Assembly: GCF_018977255.1 (NCBI RefSeq)
Contig: NW_024704743.1
Coordinates: 104,472,001-104,536,000 of the forward strand
Source: Callorhinchus milii
Taxonomy: Eukaryota
Direction of reading: 5' to 3'
Length of the DNA: 64,000 bases
How positions within the stretch are numbered: position 1 is the first letter of the stretch; the number at the start of each line of letters is the position of its first letter. Made by a program: the position numbers and the translations under genes. The notes beneath the pieces are model-generated. The model made no database searches, was not told the origin of the DNA, and was given only the letters and a program-made list of their open reading frames with translations. Shown in pieces: positions 1-12,499 of this stretch.

Positions 1-1290
1 CAATACAGGCTGCAGAAAGTCCCCACTTGCTTTTGACAAAACTATTATGATGAAATCGGAAGGGAAAGTAGTGGGGATTTACACATGATAATTATTGGTT
101 TGCAGATGTAGGAATGGATGGTGTACTTCACATGAAATAATAACTTCAAAATTCATCTTGTCTTATCTTTAGACCTTACAGTGTTACTTTTAACTTTTGC
201 AATAAGGAATCCTGTTTAGACATCCTGCTGACCCACAGGAACTGGGCTCTGCAAGAAAATTGTATGGGAGGAGAGTTTCCAAATGACATACTTCCAGTTG
301 CCAAAGAAATTGCCCTTTGTGCAAATCTGATTCCTTGTTGAGAAATAATACATTCAAAACTAATAGTTATGAGGAGGTTAATTGATAATACACATTTTTT
401 TAAATGTCTTGACGGTGCAATAATGCAAGGATTATTATAAATCCAATTAGAAATCTTGCATTTTAGACCCTTATATTCTCCAACTACATTTAATGCCACA
501 CTAAGGAACCACTAGCTAGAGATGTAGCAATTTACAATCCGATTTAAATTCAGTCCATTTTCTTCCACATTTTAAACGATAGTTTTCATTCAAGTCTAAC
601 TGAACTTCATTGGATTTTTGACCTCTGGTCTTACTAGGAAATAATCCATTGTTTTCTGCAAGGCTTGTTCCAACAAGAAGTAAAATCCAGATGGCATGGC
701 ACATTAACCTTGCCAATAAAACACCATCCAAAGCAAAATCATCCTTAACAATAGCTTTTGATGAATATAAATGTAATACATCATCCAAAGCACAAATAAA
801 GTCCCCTCTCTCCTGTCCTCATAGGAGCTGGTTGCAAAGTCTTTGTACTGGTGTGAAATTTGTTTCTAAAGTGGTAGCATTTTGACCATGTAAAATTGCA
901 CTTCCATCAGATTACATATGAGAACAGGGACAACGTGAAATTGGGTGGCATCGCAAACAGAGCAGAGCCTTTCTTGACTAAATTATCTTATTTATATTCA
1001 TTGCTTTAGTACATGTGTAACATTTGAAACACTGGAGCGCAAGGGAAGGAAATAAATATAGGCGACCTGCCTGCCGGGTCTGTTCGTTCCATGGCCTTTG
1101 CACAGATTTTATTGTCACAGATTCTACCAATTTAGTCTCCAGACAGAGATGGCCAATTTCAATTGAAACTTGCAAGAATATACCACTTTGTAAAATTTCT
1201 TCTGACCTCAAGGTATTAATCTATTTAACTTGATTGGTTGTGTTCCACAGATAACATAGACCCAACACATTCCACAGAATATTAGGTTAT
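1..1290 (-). pseudogene. Decayed coding relic, possibly a piggyBac-like DDD transposase
   Basis: One minus-strand frame reads protein-like from about 1285 to 516 through scattered stops (...NFTPVQRLCNQLL*GQERGDFICALDDVLHLYSSK...CHAIWILLLVG...), then shifts to ...EYKGLKCKISNWIYNNP... Motif order is reminiscent of piggyBac transposases; similarity judged by eye only. Confidence 0.33.
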
Positions 1291-1338
1291 CTCTATGTAA
1301 AGTTGTTTCTTTAACAGTTATCTGTATATATTTGGGAC

Positions 1339-2032
1339 AATAACAACAACATGATTCCATTTATAGAGCGCCTTTCACGTCGGGAGGACGTCCCAAGGCG
1401 CTGTACGGTTGGGTCAGGACCCAAGCAAGGGGGAAATGGTCAGGGTGAGGGGAGGGAAAGGAGGGAGCGAGGAGGGGGTAGAGAGTCGAGAGGGGAGCTG
1501 AAGGCACGTCAAAGAGAAAGGTCTTGAGACCGGCCTTGAAGGAGGAAGGGGAGGAAGCAAGGCGAAGGCACTGGGTTCCAGAGCCTAGGGGCTGAGAGGC
1601 TGAAGGCCCGGCCACCGATGGTAGTGTTAGAAAATAGTAGGGCGGTTGGGGCGGAGGATGTGGAGCAGACCGGAGCCAGAGGAACGGAGGGTACGGGCAG
1701 GTAAGTAGGGGGAATAGTAGGTTGGAAAGGTAGGAGGGAGCAAGGCCGTGAATGGCCTTGTAGGTGAGGATGAGGATCTTGAATTCGATCCTCTGGGGGA
1801 TGGGGAGCCAGTGGGGCGAGCGAGGGTGGGAGTGATGTGGTTCCGAAGCCTGGTGCGGGACAGTACACGAGCTGCAGAGTTCTGAATGACCTGCAGCTTG
1901 TGGAGGGAGGTGGCGGGAAGGCCGGCGAGGAGAGAGTTCCCATAGTCCAGCCTTGAGGTGACAAAGGCGTGGACCAGAGTTTCAGCAGCGTGAGGGGTGA
2001 GGTAGTGCCGTAGTCTGGCGATGTTCCAGAGA
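1339..2032 (-). mobile_element. L2-clade LINE, 5'-truncated 3' end (family A)
   Basis: Minus ORF with NIARLRHYLTPHAAETLVHAFVTSRLDYGNSLLAGLP...LQVIQNSAARVL (L2 ORF2 C-terminus); tail CAGCGCCTTGGGACGTCCTCCCGACGTGAAAGGCGCT + (GTT)n. Confidence 0.92.
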
Positions 2033-2054
2033 CATGTTCCGGGACGCGACATGT

Positions 2055-2132
2055 CAAGCGACTGCCAGGATGGGGAAGGTAAACTAGATGGACCTTGGTC
2101 TTCTTTCGCCTAGCAAATTCTTATGTTCTTAT
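2055..2132 (+). mobile_element. CR1-like LINE extreme 3' end
   Basis: CTAGATGGACCTTGGTCTTCTTTCGCC... ending in a (TTCTTATG) repeat, typical of CR1 3' ends. Confidence 0.55.
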
Positions 2133-2635
2133 ATTAATGGATGTACAAATTCAATAAATACTGAAGACAACATAAAGTGGAACACAATTTACAAGTATAT
2201 AGCTCCTTTCATGTCAGCAGGACATCTCAAAGCACTTGAGACATTCTCAATATTGTTCAGATTTGGTGATTTATTTATTTTAATGACATGTAGCCAGCCA
2301 TATTTTCTCTGAATCCAAGAATCTGACCGTTTGTATTATCAATTAACCTCCTCAAAGCTATTAGACTAGAGCATATTAGGCAGCAGATTGTGTCAGCAAC
2401 TTCAATAGGGATTTGGATCATGATTTGGCGGAGAATTTCATCGATGGGTAGGAGAGATGGGGTAGTGTAGAATCATTTATTGTTATTTCTTTTTTTACTT
2501 TGGGACCAGACAGATGGAGCACAGTCATCTCATTTGGTCTTGGACATTCCTATTAGAAAAATGTAGATATTCTCTTTGTAATATATTGTAACAGCACGTA
2601 GAGGTATGCAGGAGCAAAGCATCTGTCACTGTGCT

Positions 2636-3110
2636 CTGCTGCCCGCATACTGACCTGGACCAAACTCCGTACCCACATCTCACAAGTTCTGGCCAGGCTC
2701 CACTGACTTTCCATCACCGAACGGATCAACTTCAAGATCCTCACACTTGTGTTCAAATCTCTTCATTCTCTGGCACCTTCCTAACTCTCCAACCTCCTCA
2801 CTCCCCAATCCCGCACCCAGCGCCTCCGCTCGACTGGGACCAGCCTCCTGCTTGTTCCTCGCACCCTCCGCCCACCATTGTAGGTCGTGCTTTCAGTCAC
2901 TACTCCCCAAAACTCAGGAACACTCTCCCTCAATCCCTCCGCTTTACTCTCTCTCTCCCTTCTTTCAAGACCCACCTGAAAACTTTCCTGTTCGACCATG
3001 CTTATGGCCACCTCCCATCCTCCACCGGCTCGGAGTCAGATTGTTAATCGTTCTGGGACGCTACCGTGCGTGGAGGGTGCTACATAAGTGCAAGTTGTTG
3101 TTGTTATTGT
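2636..3110 (+). mobile_element. L2-clade LINE 3' fragment (family B tail)
   Basis: GRAFSHYSPKLRNTLPQSLR...FKTHLKTFLF motif; CGTGGAGGGTGCTACATAAGTGCAAG(TTG)n tail. Confidence 0.85.
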
Positions 3111-3334
3111 TGCTCCCTGGCAATCTGATGTTTTACAAAATCTTTGCAAGTTAAAAGATTGGCTTTACAACAAAGCACATTCTTCTGACCAAAAGACAGC
3201 GTTATTGATGGAAGGAATTGTCTATCATTGTGATTCTCCTGTTCCCTTTATTAAGGCAAAATTCACAGTGTTCCATAACTCGTTCTTCTGTTAGATAACC
3301 ACAAACTTCATTCTTTAAGTTTACACCAGGAATA

Positions 3335-3625
3335 ACTGACCTGTCTATCAGATGCAGTTCTCCATGTGGCTGCCCAAAGCTACCACCTGTCATTTCCAGT
3401 TCTAACAACACCACAATGTTCTTGCCTCTGGCACTGACTCTGTCAACCTCCTTGGCTGCTCATTTCAGTTCACTGAGCCAGTGCATAACCTTGGCATTCT
3501 GCATGACCTCTATCTCCATTTCAAATCTTACATGCAGACCAGAAGAACTTCCTTTTATCTCTGAAACACTGTCCACCTGCATCCCTCACTTTTCTCCTCC
3601 ACTGCTGGGACCTTAATGCAGGGCT
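3335..3625 (+). mobile_element. Old L2 ORF2 fragment
   Basis: Degenerate VHNLGILHD...SFYL... segment, alignable by eye to the L2 copies at 28.7 kb and 62.2 kb. Confidence 0.5.
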
Positions 3626-3646
3626 TGCACTCTAACCACTACACTG

Positions 3647-3990
3647 CAGTTCCATAGTATAGTGGTTAGAGCACTCGCCTCGCAAGTGAGAGGAACCGGG
3701 ATCGATTTCCGGGCTGGGCAAAACCTTAGGCAAGTTTCCTTACTCCGCCCTCCTCTGTTTACCTCGCACTCTAAGCAGGAATCTGGTTGTTAATTGATTG
3801 TCAGATCGCTTTCCAGGTGTAATAATACCTCAAAAAAAATTCACTCAATCCACGACTGTTTGTGGGACACTGCTGTGTGCAATTGGCTGGCACATTTTGC
3901 CCCCAAATACACAGTCAATTCAATTTAGAATACATTCTGTGAAGCGTTTGACATGTCTCAACAACGTGATAGAGCGCTATATTATTATTA
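3647..3990 (+). mobile_element. tRNA-derived SINE (long form)
   Basis: A-box AGTGGTTAGAGC, degenerate B-box, shared body, GCGCTATA(TTA)n tail. Confidence 0.88.
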
Positions 3991-4528
3991 ATGCTGGTAA
4001 TTTCCACGCCATGCTACATTTGTGTGACTGTGGAACACTATGTTAGTTGGAACAAATGTTTACTGGACACAACAGCTATTTTGAAATTTCAGTTTTTCAT
4101 GAAAGAAATGAAAAGTGTCAGAGACACTGCCCTGCATGAAGGGCGCTGTATACATGCCATATGTGTAGTTGAAAAGCAGTGAAATCATTTTACTGGTATC
4201 ATCAGGCCAAAGACTTTGAAATAGCAAGTTGAAGGAGCCGTTGAATCAGTGTCATTCTTTAGAGAAGGAGAAAAAAGATTGTTATTCTTAGAGATCAGTA
4301 TAAAATGCACATTGATTCAGAGACGTACGAGTTGGATTTTGACTGTGACAGAAGAAACTTAAACTAAGTGGTACAGTGACCTTCATGAAATAGTTATGGA
4401 AATTGAAACACATCAGGAAATAGATGAGTAGGATAGAAGAGGATATGGTATTTGGTTACAATTTATATTTAAATCCTAACAAGATAGGGATAAAGACTGT
4501 AAAGTTGTGCCAAAGATATATTTCATAG

Positions 4529-4704
4529 TTGTCAGGAAAAACACTGATCTTTGGTGTTCTACACTGTATTATTCTTTATTTGTCAGTGAATGCACTGATC
4601 TTTGAGCTTTTATATTGTATTATTCTCTGCTTGTCAGTAAATTTACTAACCTTTGGAGTTCTGCACTTTATTATTCTTTATTTGTCAGTAAATGTTCTGA
4701 ACTT
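4529..4704. repeat. Minisatellite, 51-bp unit, about 3.4 copies
   Basis: TTGTCAG...TATTATTCT units start at 4529, 4580, 4631 and 4682. Confidence 0.9.
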
Positions 4705-5004
4705 AGCAGAATGTTAAAACCCTCTCAATAACTTGAGCATGTTGTAAATAGTGTTACAAATTGTAAATAAATCATCCTTTATAAAATACTTATTATAGAA
4801 TTAAATTGGCTAATTGAAAGGCATCATTAACATCAGATCGCTCTACCTGCAATTGATCACATTGACAGTTCGGTATTGATTGTACCAAGGACAGAAATAG
4901 CAACTTGTCTTTGCAAATGGGTCATTGAGCAATGAAGCCTTTTCCTACAATGGAGGAATGTATTAGCAATAGTATCAAGTGAGTGAAGATTTCTGAAAAG
5001 ATTT

Positions 5005-5437
5005 AATAATAATAATAATCCTTGCATTTGATATAGTGCCTTATTACATCATCGAGACATCTCAAAGTATATGCTTCACAACATACACTGTAAAGTGGGG
5101 TGAATCTGTATTTGGTCACTGAATGTGGAAGTGAATTTGCACACAGCAGTGTCCCACAAACAGCCATGGAGTGAATGACCAATTTTACTTGGGGGATTCT
5201 TGGCCATGGACCCGGAGAAATTCCCTTTTCTTTTTGAATAGTGCCTTGGGATCTTCAAAGTCCACCTAAACAGACAGATGGGGCCTCATTTAACTTCTCA
5301 TCCTCTGGCAATGCCGTGCTCTCCCAGGCCTGCATTGGAGTGTAATCATAAATAATATGGGTCCAAAGTTCTGGTGTGGGGCTTGAACTCACAACCTTCT
5401 GACTTTGAGGTGAAAGTGATACCAACTTAGCCAGGCT
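5005..5437 (-). mobile_element. Deu-domain SINE (SacSINE1/AmnSINE-like)
   Basis: Reverse complement of the element at 34043: head ...AGTCAGAAGGTTGTGAGTTCAAGCCCC, core GATGAGAAGTTAAATGAGGCCCCATCTG...GATCCCAAGGCACT, (ATT)n tail. Confidence 0.8.
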
Positions 5438-6710
5438 TACACAAATATACAAACTGAACAAGTTACTTGCTATGGCTACAACTGTATAGGAAGGTCCCAT
5501 TTTTAAGCAAAGCTTGTATTTTAAAAGGAAAAAAGTCGAAACATTAGACCTGCCCCAGATTTTCGCAATCTTAGCCTTAGGAGCATTGAGAGACTCAGTG
5601 AACCTAGAAAAAGAAAGAACAAGTGTTCAGTGGGTAGTTACCACAGATTACAACACTCAACAACAACAACTTGCGTTTATAATGCAATCTTTATACTGGA
5701 TTCGTATCTCGGCTACATCAAATGCAAGGATTATGAATTCTCATAATAATACTAAAATTTTATCTATTGATTATAACGGCAACACATCACATGAGGTATT
5801 TGATATTAAATGTAGAGATCAAACCCAGGAATTATCCCACTCCAAGGTTTCTGAGGCTATTTGTACCACCCTACAGATAACTCAGGACAAAACCAGGCAT
5901 TACACCTGGTTCGAATGGCTAACTTTCCAAACTGGGAAGTGAATTTATCAACTGCGCTGGATTTAGGCAGCTGAATAATAATAATAATAATAATTTTTAC
6001 ATTTGGTATGGCACCTGTCACATCAGGAGGACATGTCAAAGCCCTTCACAGGCTATATTGTAAACTGAGGTGATCACAAACAAAAGCAAATCGGAAATGC
6101 ATTATTGACAGCACTTGTAGTTGCTTATTTTTTGGTTGTGGTCTTTGTTTTACCCGTGACTATGTCTGACTGATCGGATGTGTAAAGATCGCATTATAAA
6201 TGCAATATAGTTCAGAAATGTAACTTACTGTATTTTGAATTAGCCTATTTCCTCATACCATCTGGTCCACACAGCCTCTAGATATTTATTGCTTTGAGTT
6301 TCTTCATAACAGATGCTGACATGACCTCTATATAATGCAATAGATTTGCTGAACTAATTTGACTGCATCTGGAATTTGGCCCATGATACTCATTCGATAA
6401 GATTGGTTTAACTATTCACTGAATTTCATTTAACATGTAATATGTCCTGATTCCGCTTTGATATTTGTGGATAACACTCGTTAAAGGATTGGCCTGGTCT
6501 TTAGTGTGTAACTTGCTTTTACTGTAGCTGGTTGCTTTGGGTTATCTGCCTGGCTATTTTCTCCTATTCCTCTCAATACAGTGTTCACTTTTAGCTCATC
6601 TACAGCTGACAACAAGAACAACATTACATTTGTATAGCGCCTTTCACATTGGGTGGACGTCCCAAGGCGATGACTTGTTTCATATGCTCAAAACTTCCTT
6701 GGTTTTGAAA

Positions 6711-7020
6711 CGTTGCGCAAGTTTCCTTACTCCACACGCCTCTGTTTACCTACCAGTATGTTAGTAACCTGGTTGTTAGTCGATTGGCAGATCGCTTTTC
6801 CGGGGGTAATAATTCCTTCAAAAAAAATAACAACAATAATAAAATAGTCACTCAATCCCCAACTATTTGTGAGGCACAGCTGTGCGCAATTGTCTGCTGC
6901 ATTTCGCCCACAAAATATACAGTCAATTCACTTTAAAGTGTATTCTGTGAAGCACTTGGAGATGTCTCGAAGATGTGATAAGGCACTATATCAAATGCAA
7001 GGATCATTATTATTATTTAT
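6711..7020 (+). mobile_element. tRNA-derived SINE, 5'-truncated long form
   Basis: Body GCAAGTTTCCTTACTCCAC...GATTGGCAGATCGCTTTTCCGGGG... and tail shared with the other copies. Confidence 0.88.
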
Positions 7021-7133
7021 CAATAATACTTATTACCCTTTGGGTTACTCTTGAGCTGCTTATGCACTTATTGCAGTCCAGATTTTCTTCCGTTTTACAG
7101 GTATAAAGAACATCAAGTACCTTGACAGGATCT

Positions 7134-7342
7134 AATTTGCGGGTTGGGTTAACCATGTGAAAACCTTTACAGGTGTCATTAGCTATTGTAATATTGCATA
7201 ATCATCAGTAATCCTTTTCATCAGTTGTAAAGTATCAATGTAAAGTTAGAGGCACATGGAATTCCCTCAGCATACATGGATGCAATTGGTTAACCCAAAC
7301 CCATATATTTTGCACACAAGTTGTTAACCCAATCTGCGAATT
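7134..7342. mobile_element. Possible old MITE (20-bp imperfect terminal inverted repeats)
   Basis: AATTTGCGGGTTGGGTTAAC (7134-7153) vs GTTAACCCAATCTGCGAATT (7323-7342), 3 mismatches. Confidence 0.4.
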
Positions 7343-7612
7343 GCAATACAACACAGTTTACATTTATTTAGCGCCTTTCACATCATGAGGGTGAATTAGT
7401 CCTAATATTAAAGATATTTGTAAAATTGTATTTGAATTATTTATCAGTACAAAGTAAATAATTAGCACTTGGCCAACAGCGTTAATGTGCAACATTGAGC
7501 CCAGAAATAAGCACTCTATTCCTATGTACAGATGTCATGATCTGTCTTTGTTTACTGACTGTTTTTGTAGTGTCTTCTTACTTTTTAAAAACTCCATTAA
7601 ATTATATTAAAA

Positions 7613-7917
7613 AAATCCTTGCATTTGATATAGCGCTTTTCACATCTTTGAGTCATCTCAAAGCGCTTCACAGAATGTACTGTAAAGTGAATTGCCTGTA
7701 TTTTTGTGGGCGAAACGGAGCAGCCAAATTGCACACAGCAGTGTCCCACAAACAGTCGTGGATGGAGTGACCAAATTATTATTGTTTTTTTTCTCTTGAG
7801 CAATTATTATCAGGCATGTGGAGTAAGGAAGCTTGCCCAAGGTATCGCCCTGCCACAAATTGAACCGAGGTTCTCGCTTGTGAGGCGAGTGCTCTAACCA
7901 CTGAGCTATAGGACTCC
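7613..7917 (-). mobile_element. tRNA-derived SINE (short form)
   Basis: Full reverse-complement copy starting GGAGTCCTATAGCTCAGTGGTTAGAGC. Confidence 0.9.
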
Positions 7918-9777
7918 AGAGTGAATACCCCAATGTTCTGAGTTGAATAGGTTGGGTAGGGTTTATGAAAGGGCATATTGCACAATGCAAAGGGAATAGG
8001 CATGGTGAGTCAAAAGGTCTTTCCTCATTCCACCCCTTCAACGGTTCTGTGCCTCAAACCATATTCCTCCCCTTGTGTACATTCACACCAAAATCACATT
8101 AAGTATGATTAGTTGTGGCCCAATTCAGTGAGATCTCACTTTGAATGCAGGTCCACTGTGGAACTTTACTATACCAGCAGCACTGTACACCTGACTTCTT
8201 GTGTTAAAAAATGTCTGACGCTCTATATGCAGGAAGCATTTCTAATGCCACTTCCCCAAGGAAGTAACATCAGCAGCACTTCTCCAATGAAATAAAATCA
8301 GTGGTACTTCTGTGCAAAATACACAAGAAGTGATGTTAACGACAACTGACTACCCGGAAGCCAGACATTTTTTCAGGTTTATTATAACATGGTGCCTGAG
8401 ACATTAGGCTGTCCTGCATTTACTCTCTTTCAAATCAAAAATATGTCCCTTAAAGCAATTGTACCACAAGGCTTGACTACAAATGATGGTTACAAAATAT
8501 AATTGCATCAACAATTGAAGGAAGGACTGACACTAAAACATTTAACATTCTGTTCCCAGAAAAGCATTTGTTAGTCCAAATAAAATGCTATTGATTTAAG
8601 CCTGACCTAGGAAACAACTCATTAACCCTAAGATTGATACAGTCTACAAGACTTCCATCTGCTTCTATAGTTTAAAGTCATGCACCTTGACGATGAAAAA
8701 CACCATTGCGGTAAAAAAGCAGAAATAGGTTATTATTACAAATAGCAATCCAATAAAACAAATACAACACAATTTCAGATAAAAATCAAATATTTTCTGA
8801 TCCCGGAATTTACATTTTCCTTTTATTTTCTCTTCGTCCCTTCTTGCTTTTGATTTCAACTTACTAGTGGTCATGTTTCCAACCTCCTTGTAATAGTTAT
8901 AATAATGATAATTTTTATATTTGAAATTGTGCCTTTCACAATGGAAGGACTTCAAAAAGCACTTCACATGTTATATTACAAAGTGTAATGACTGTATTTT
9001 GTAGGTGAACACAGTAGACTTTTTCACATGCTTTAACCTTTTTTCACTAACCTTTCTATTTTTCATTTATTCTTTCATTCAGTTTGGAAACTGGGAGCAT
9101 CATTTTTATTAGTTCAGAAATGCCCTCAATTTAATGCATGTCGGCAGTACTTAAAGGCTTAAACTGTGGACCTATCTTTTATCAAGTGCAGACTGCAATA
9201 TCTCAACTGATCCTGACTGCAGCACTGGAAAGCATACTCCCAGCAATCAGATAGGATTCACGAAAGGGAATCTTTAATCAACTGAAAACATCCAAAGTTT
9301 CTTTTATATGTTCCAATTAATTTTGGTCACAGTAATCAAGCATCATTTTCACTTGCACTGTCCCTGGAGGCTGAACAACATCGATTAGATTGAATTCAAC
9401 TCTCTATGGGAAAACTGATCTGCTTTGAACCAAATGGTTACATTCACTCTGCACCAGGCTATAAGTCTCACTATTTTGCGTCATTCTCCTTTTACTTGTA
9501 TAGAGGTACAGAAATACCAACACTGCCTTGATGTGTTGTGATAAAATCCTTACAGTTATTGCTGGGGTGATGGTCAGATGCAGTGAATTAATTGACCTTG
9601 GCAAAAGAGAGCTTGGTGAATAGATATGGTGTTGTGAGTATGCAATGGGATTTTCTCATTATAAAACCAAGTTCACTGCATTTACTGACAGGTGTAGAAT
9701 AAGATGTGATTGTCTGCCAAGGTTGCTAAGCATATTTGCAAATAATAATAATAAACCTTGCATTTGAAGTCTCAATT

Positions 9778-10161
9778 TGGAGCCTCGCTCACCCTACCTT
9801 TGCGACCTCCTAACCCCGTGCCAATCTGCCTGCTCCCTAAGCTCAGGGAGCTCCAGCCTGCTTCATGTCCCCCACCTTGCCAGGCCCACCATTGGTGGGC
9901 AGGACTTCAACCACTTTACCCCCACCCTCTGGAACTCCATCCTGCAGTCCCTCCGCTTTGTCCCCTTCCTTGCCTCCTTCAAGACCCCTCTCAAGACCCT
10001 CCTCTTCGACCGTGCTTTCGATCACCCTGCTTTCCCCACCATCTTCCACCCTCCCCAATCCCGACACCCAGCTCGGATCCAAAACATTGACTGTCCAGGG
10101 CCTTGGGATGTACTCCCGACATGAAAAGCATTGTACAAATGTAATTTTTGTTGTTGTTGTT
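9778..10161 (+). mobile_element. L2 LINE 3' fragment (family A)
   Basis: PYLCDLLTP...PTIGGQDF...LWNSILQSLR...FKTPLKTLLF; (GTT)n tail. Confidence 0.88.
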
Positions 10162-10453
10162 GATATAGCGCCTTATCACAATACGTTTTCCACCATTGTA
10201 AAACTTGTGAATTACCCAATCAGTTCCACCCAGGCACTTATTTGAGGTAAATTACTGTCTCTCTGTATTTCAATTGTGCAATTATTAACAAATATCTATT
10301 TATATGTAATAAAAAGGAAAATACTTTTGTTCCTGTAGGCCTCGTTACAGACTAAGTGGTCTTACTCCCATATGGGTCGAAAACACAAATGGACTAAAAA
10401 TCAACCTAGGTCTAGATCTACTTAAATTTTTATATTTAAGTAGATCTATACGT

Positions 10454-10783
10454 GGAGTCCTGTAGCTCAGTGGTTAGAGCACTCGCTTTGCAAGCGAGAG
10501 ACCTGAGTTCAATTCCAGGCAGGGCGAAATCTTGGGCAAGTTTCCTTATTCCACACGCCTAATAATAATCCCTCCAAAACCCAAAACAATAATAATAATA
10601 AAAAAATTGGTCATTTTCAATCTACGACTGTTTGTGTGGGACATTGCTGTGCGCAATTGGCTGCCGCGTTCGCCCACAAATATACAGTCAATTCACTTTA
10701 CAGTGTGTTCTGTGAAGCGCTTTGGGACGTCCTCCCAACGTGAAAAGCGCTATATCAAATGCAAGGATTATTATTATTATTAT
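10454..10783 (+). mobile_element. tRNA-Ala-derived SINE (short form, young)
   Basis: Head folds like a tRNA (anticodon stem CTCGC/GCGAG, TGC anticodon), A/B boxes, L2-like tail GGGACGTCCTCCCAACGTGAAAAGCGCT, (ATT)n. Confidence 0.93.
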
Positions 10784-11007
10784 ATTGACATAGCATTTCA
10801 AAGTGTCCACAAATTGAAGACTTTCCTCTTCAACTGTGCCTATGGTCACCTTCCCTTTCTTCCCAACTCAGCATCAAACTGTGCCATTGTTCAGCGATCT
10901 AAGATGCTACCTGTGTGAAGGGCCCTGTATAAATAAATGTAAGTTGTTGCTGGCGATAAATTGTTGAATTCAGTATCAACTTTGCAGCTGTCGTCAGGAG
11001 TTCTTGT

Positions 11008-11383
11008 GGAGTCCTATAGCTTAATGGTTAGAGCACTTGCATCGTAAGCAAGAAGAACTGGGTTCGATTCCCAGGAAGGGCGAAATGTTGGGCTCCACAT
11101 TCCTCTGTTTACCTAGCAGTAAGTAGGAACCCGGTTATTAGTCGATTGGCAGATTGCTTTTCTGGGAGAATAATCTCTTCAAAACACAAAATAATTAAAA
11201 AATAATAATAATTTGGTCACTGAATCCACGACTGTTTGTGGGACACAGCTGTGCACAATTGGCTACTGCATTTCATCCACAAAATACACAGTAAATTCAC
11301 TTTAGAGTATATTATACGAAGGGCTTTGAGACGTCTCGAAGACATGATTAGGTGCTATATCAAATGCAAGGATTATTATTATT
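11008..11383 (+). mobile_element. tRNA-derived SINE (long form)
   Basis: Head with GGTTCGATTCC B-box; extra internal segment TCTGTTTACCTAGCAGTAAGTAGGAACC...; (ATT)n tail. Confidence 0.9.
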
Positions 11384-12499
11384 CTTAAAAGAACTGAATT
11401 TATATACATATTGAAACACGAAACCATTAAAAGAACAAATATTACCAGCATTATATGCCTATAGCAATGTTTTATATGATGAATTATAAATTAATTTGGC
11501 ATTTGAAAGCCAATTACTGGTTGAAAATGTGATAATTGTTTTTAAAGTATATAGTTAAACACATGGATTGTATCATGTAGAGTTCACAGATATCTGAAAA
11601 TCATACATATCTTCTCTCATCATGATCTTATATGAATGGCTGAGCCCTGATGTCACAACACAATTTAATAAATAACTAAAGGGTCAGATGAGGCTTTTGA
11701 GTTTTATCATCAGACCCAGAAATCCAATCATTTGTGAATCATTAAGAGTAACAGGTCAGATTATCACTGATTATTACAATATGAATCTATTCCCATATCT
11801 AGACTGCAAAATATTGGGCCTGGAATCATAATCACTATCTAGGCTACCTAACCCACCCGAGACTATTTCAGAATGCTGCACCAAAAGGCACTTCACCTTT
11901 ATTGCTCTGTTATTCAAGATTATTGCTTCTTTCATGGTTGTCAAGCCAATGGGTGGAATATGACCCAAACCAGAGTATCAAATATAGAATTTTTTTCCAA
12001 AGACAGTTTTGCAACACTAATAATCTATATTGAGATTAAGATTTGTTCTGATTATAAGCACAAAATGTAAAGCCTGCATTTCTGATTAGTTGTAATGATA
12101 ATTTCATGATGCTACTGCTTGGAAATCTGATTACTGTCATTATATTTGAGTGGGTTCAACAAAGGTCAATTAAATTGTTGGCTGGAATAGGTCAGACAAT
12201 ATTAATCAGCGCCTTGGAATGTCCTCCCAATGTGAAAGGCGCTTTACAAATGTAATTTGGTTGTTGTTGTAATTTACAAGGAGAGATGGGAATAATATTT
12301 CAATACAATTCATGCTCATTTAGCGCCTTTCACGGCAGGAGGATGTTTCAAGTTGCTTGACAAAGCTGGCTGGGCATCCAAGCTGGGATGGGAGTCAAGG
12401 ATGGTGGGGAAGGAAAAATGATCAAAAGCACGATCAATGAGGTATGTTTTGAAATAGGCTTTGAATGAGGGGAAGGATCGAGCGAATGTGGAAACGGCA

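Noticed and set aside
4529..4704. Regularly spaced repeats considered as a CRISPR array
   Set aside because: Whole units are homologous with no unique spacers; vertebrate context; no cas genes
5514..5942. 142-aa plus-strand ORF
   Set aside because: No recognisable domain; includes an L2 (CAA)n tail remnant; no supporting splice structure on +
7085..7110. Strong + strand acceptor (ttttcttccgttttacag|G) as a possible SNTG1 5'UTR exon
   Set aside because: No convincing donor or other support; cannot be called without transcript data
10454..10526. tRNA-Ala(TGC)-like cloverleaf (also at 13247, 32460 and other copies)
   Set aside because: Each continues into the same SINE body and L2-type tail, and anticodons vary between copies, so these are SINE heads rather than tRNA genes
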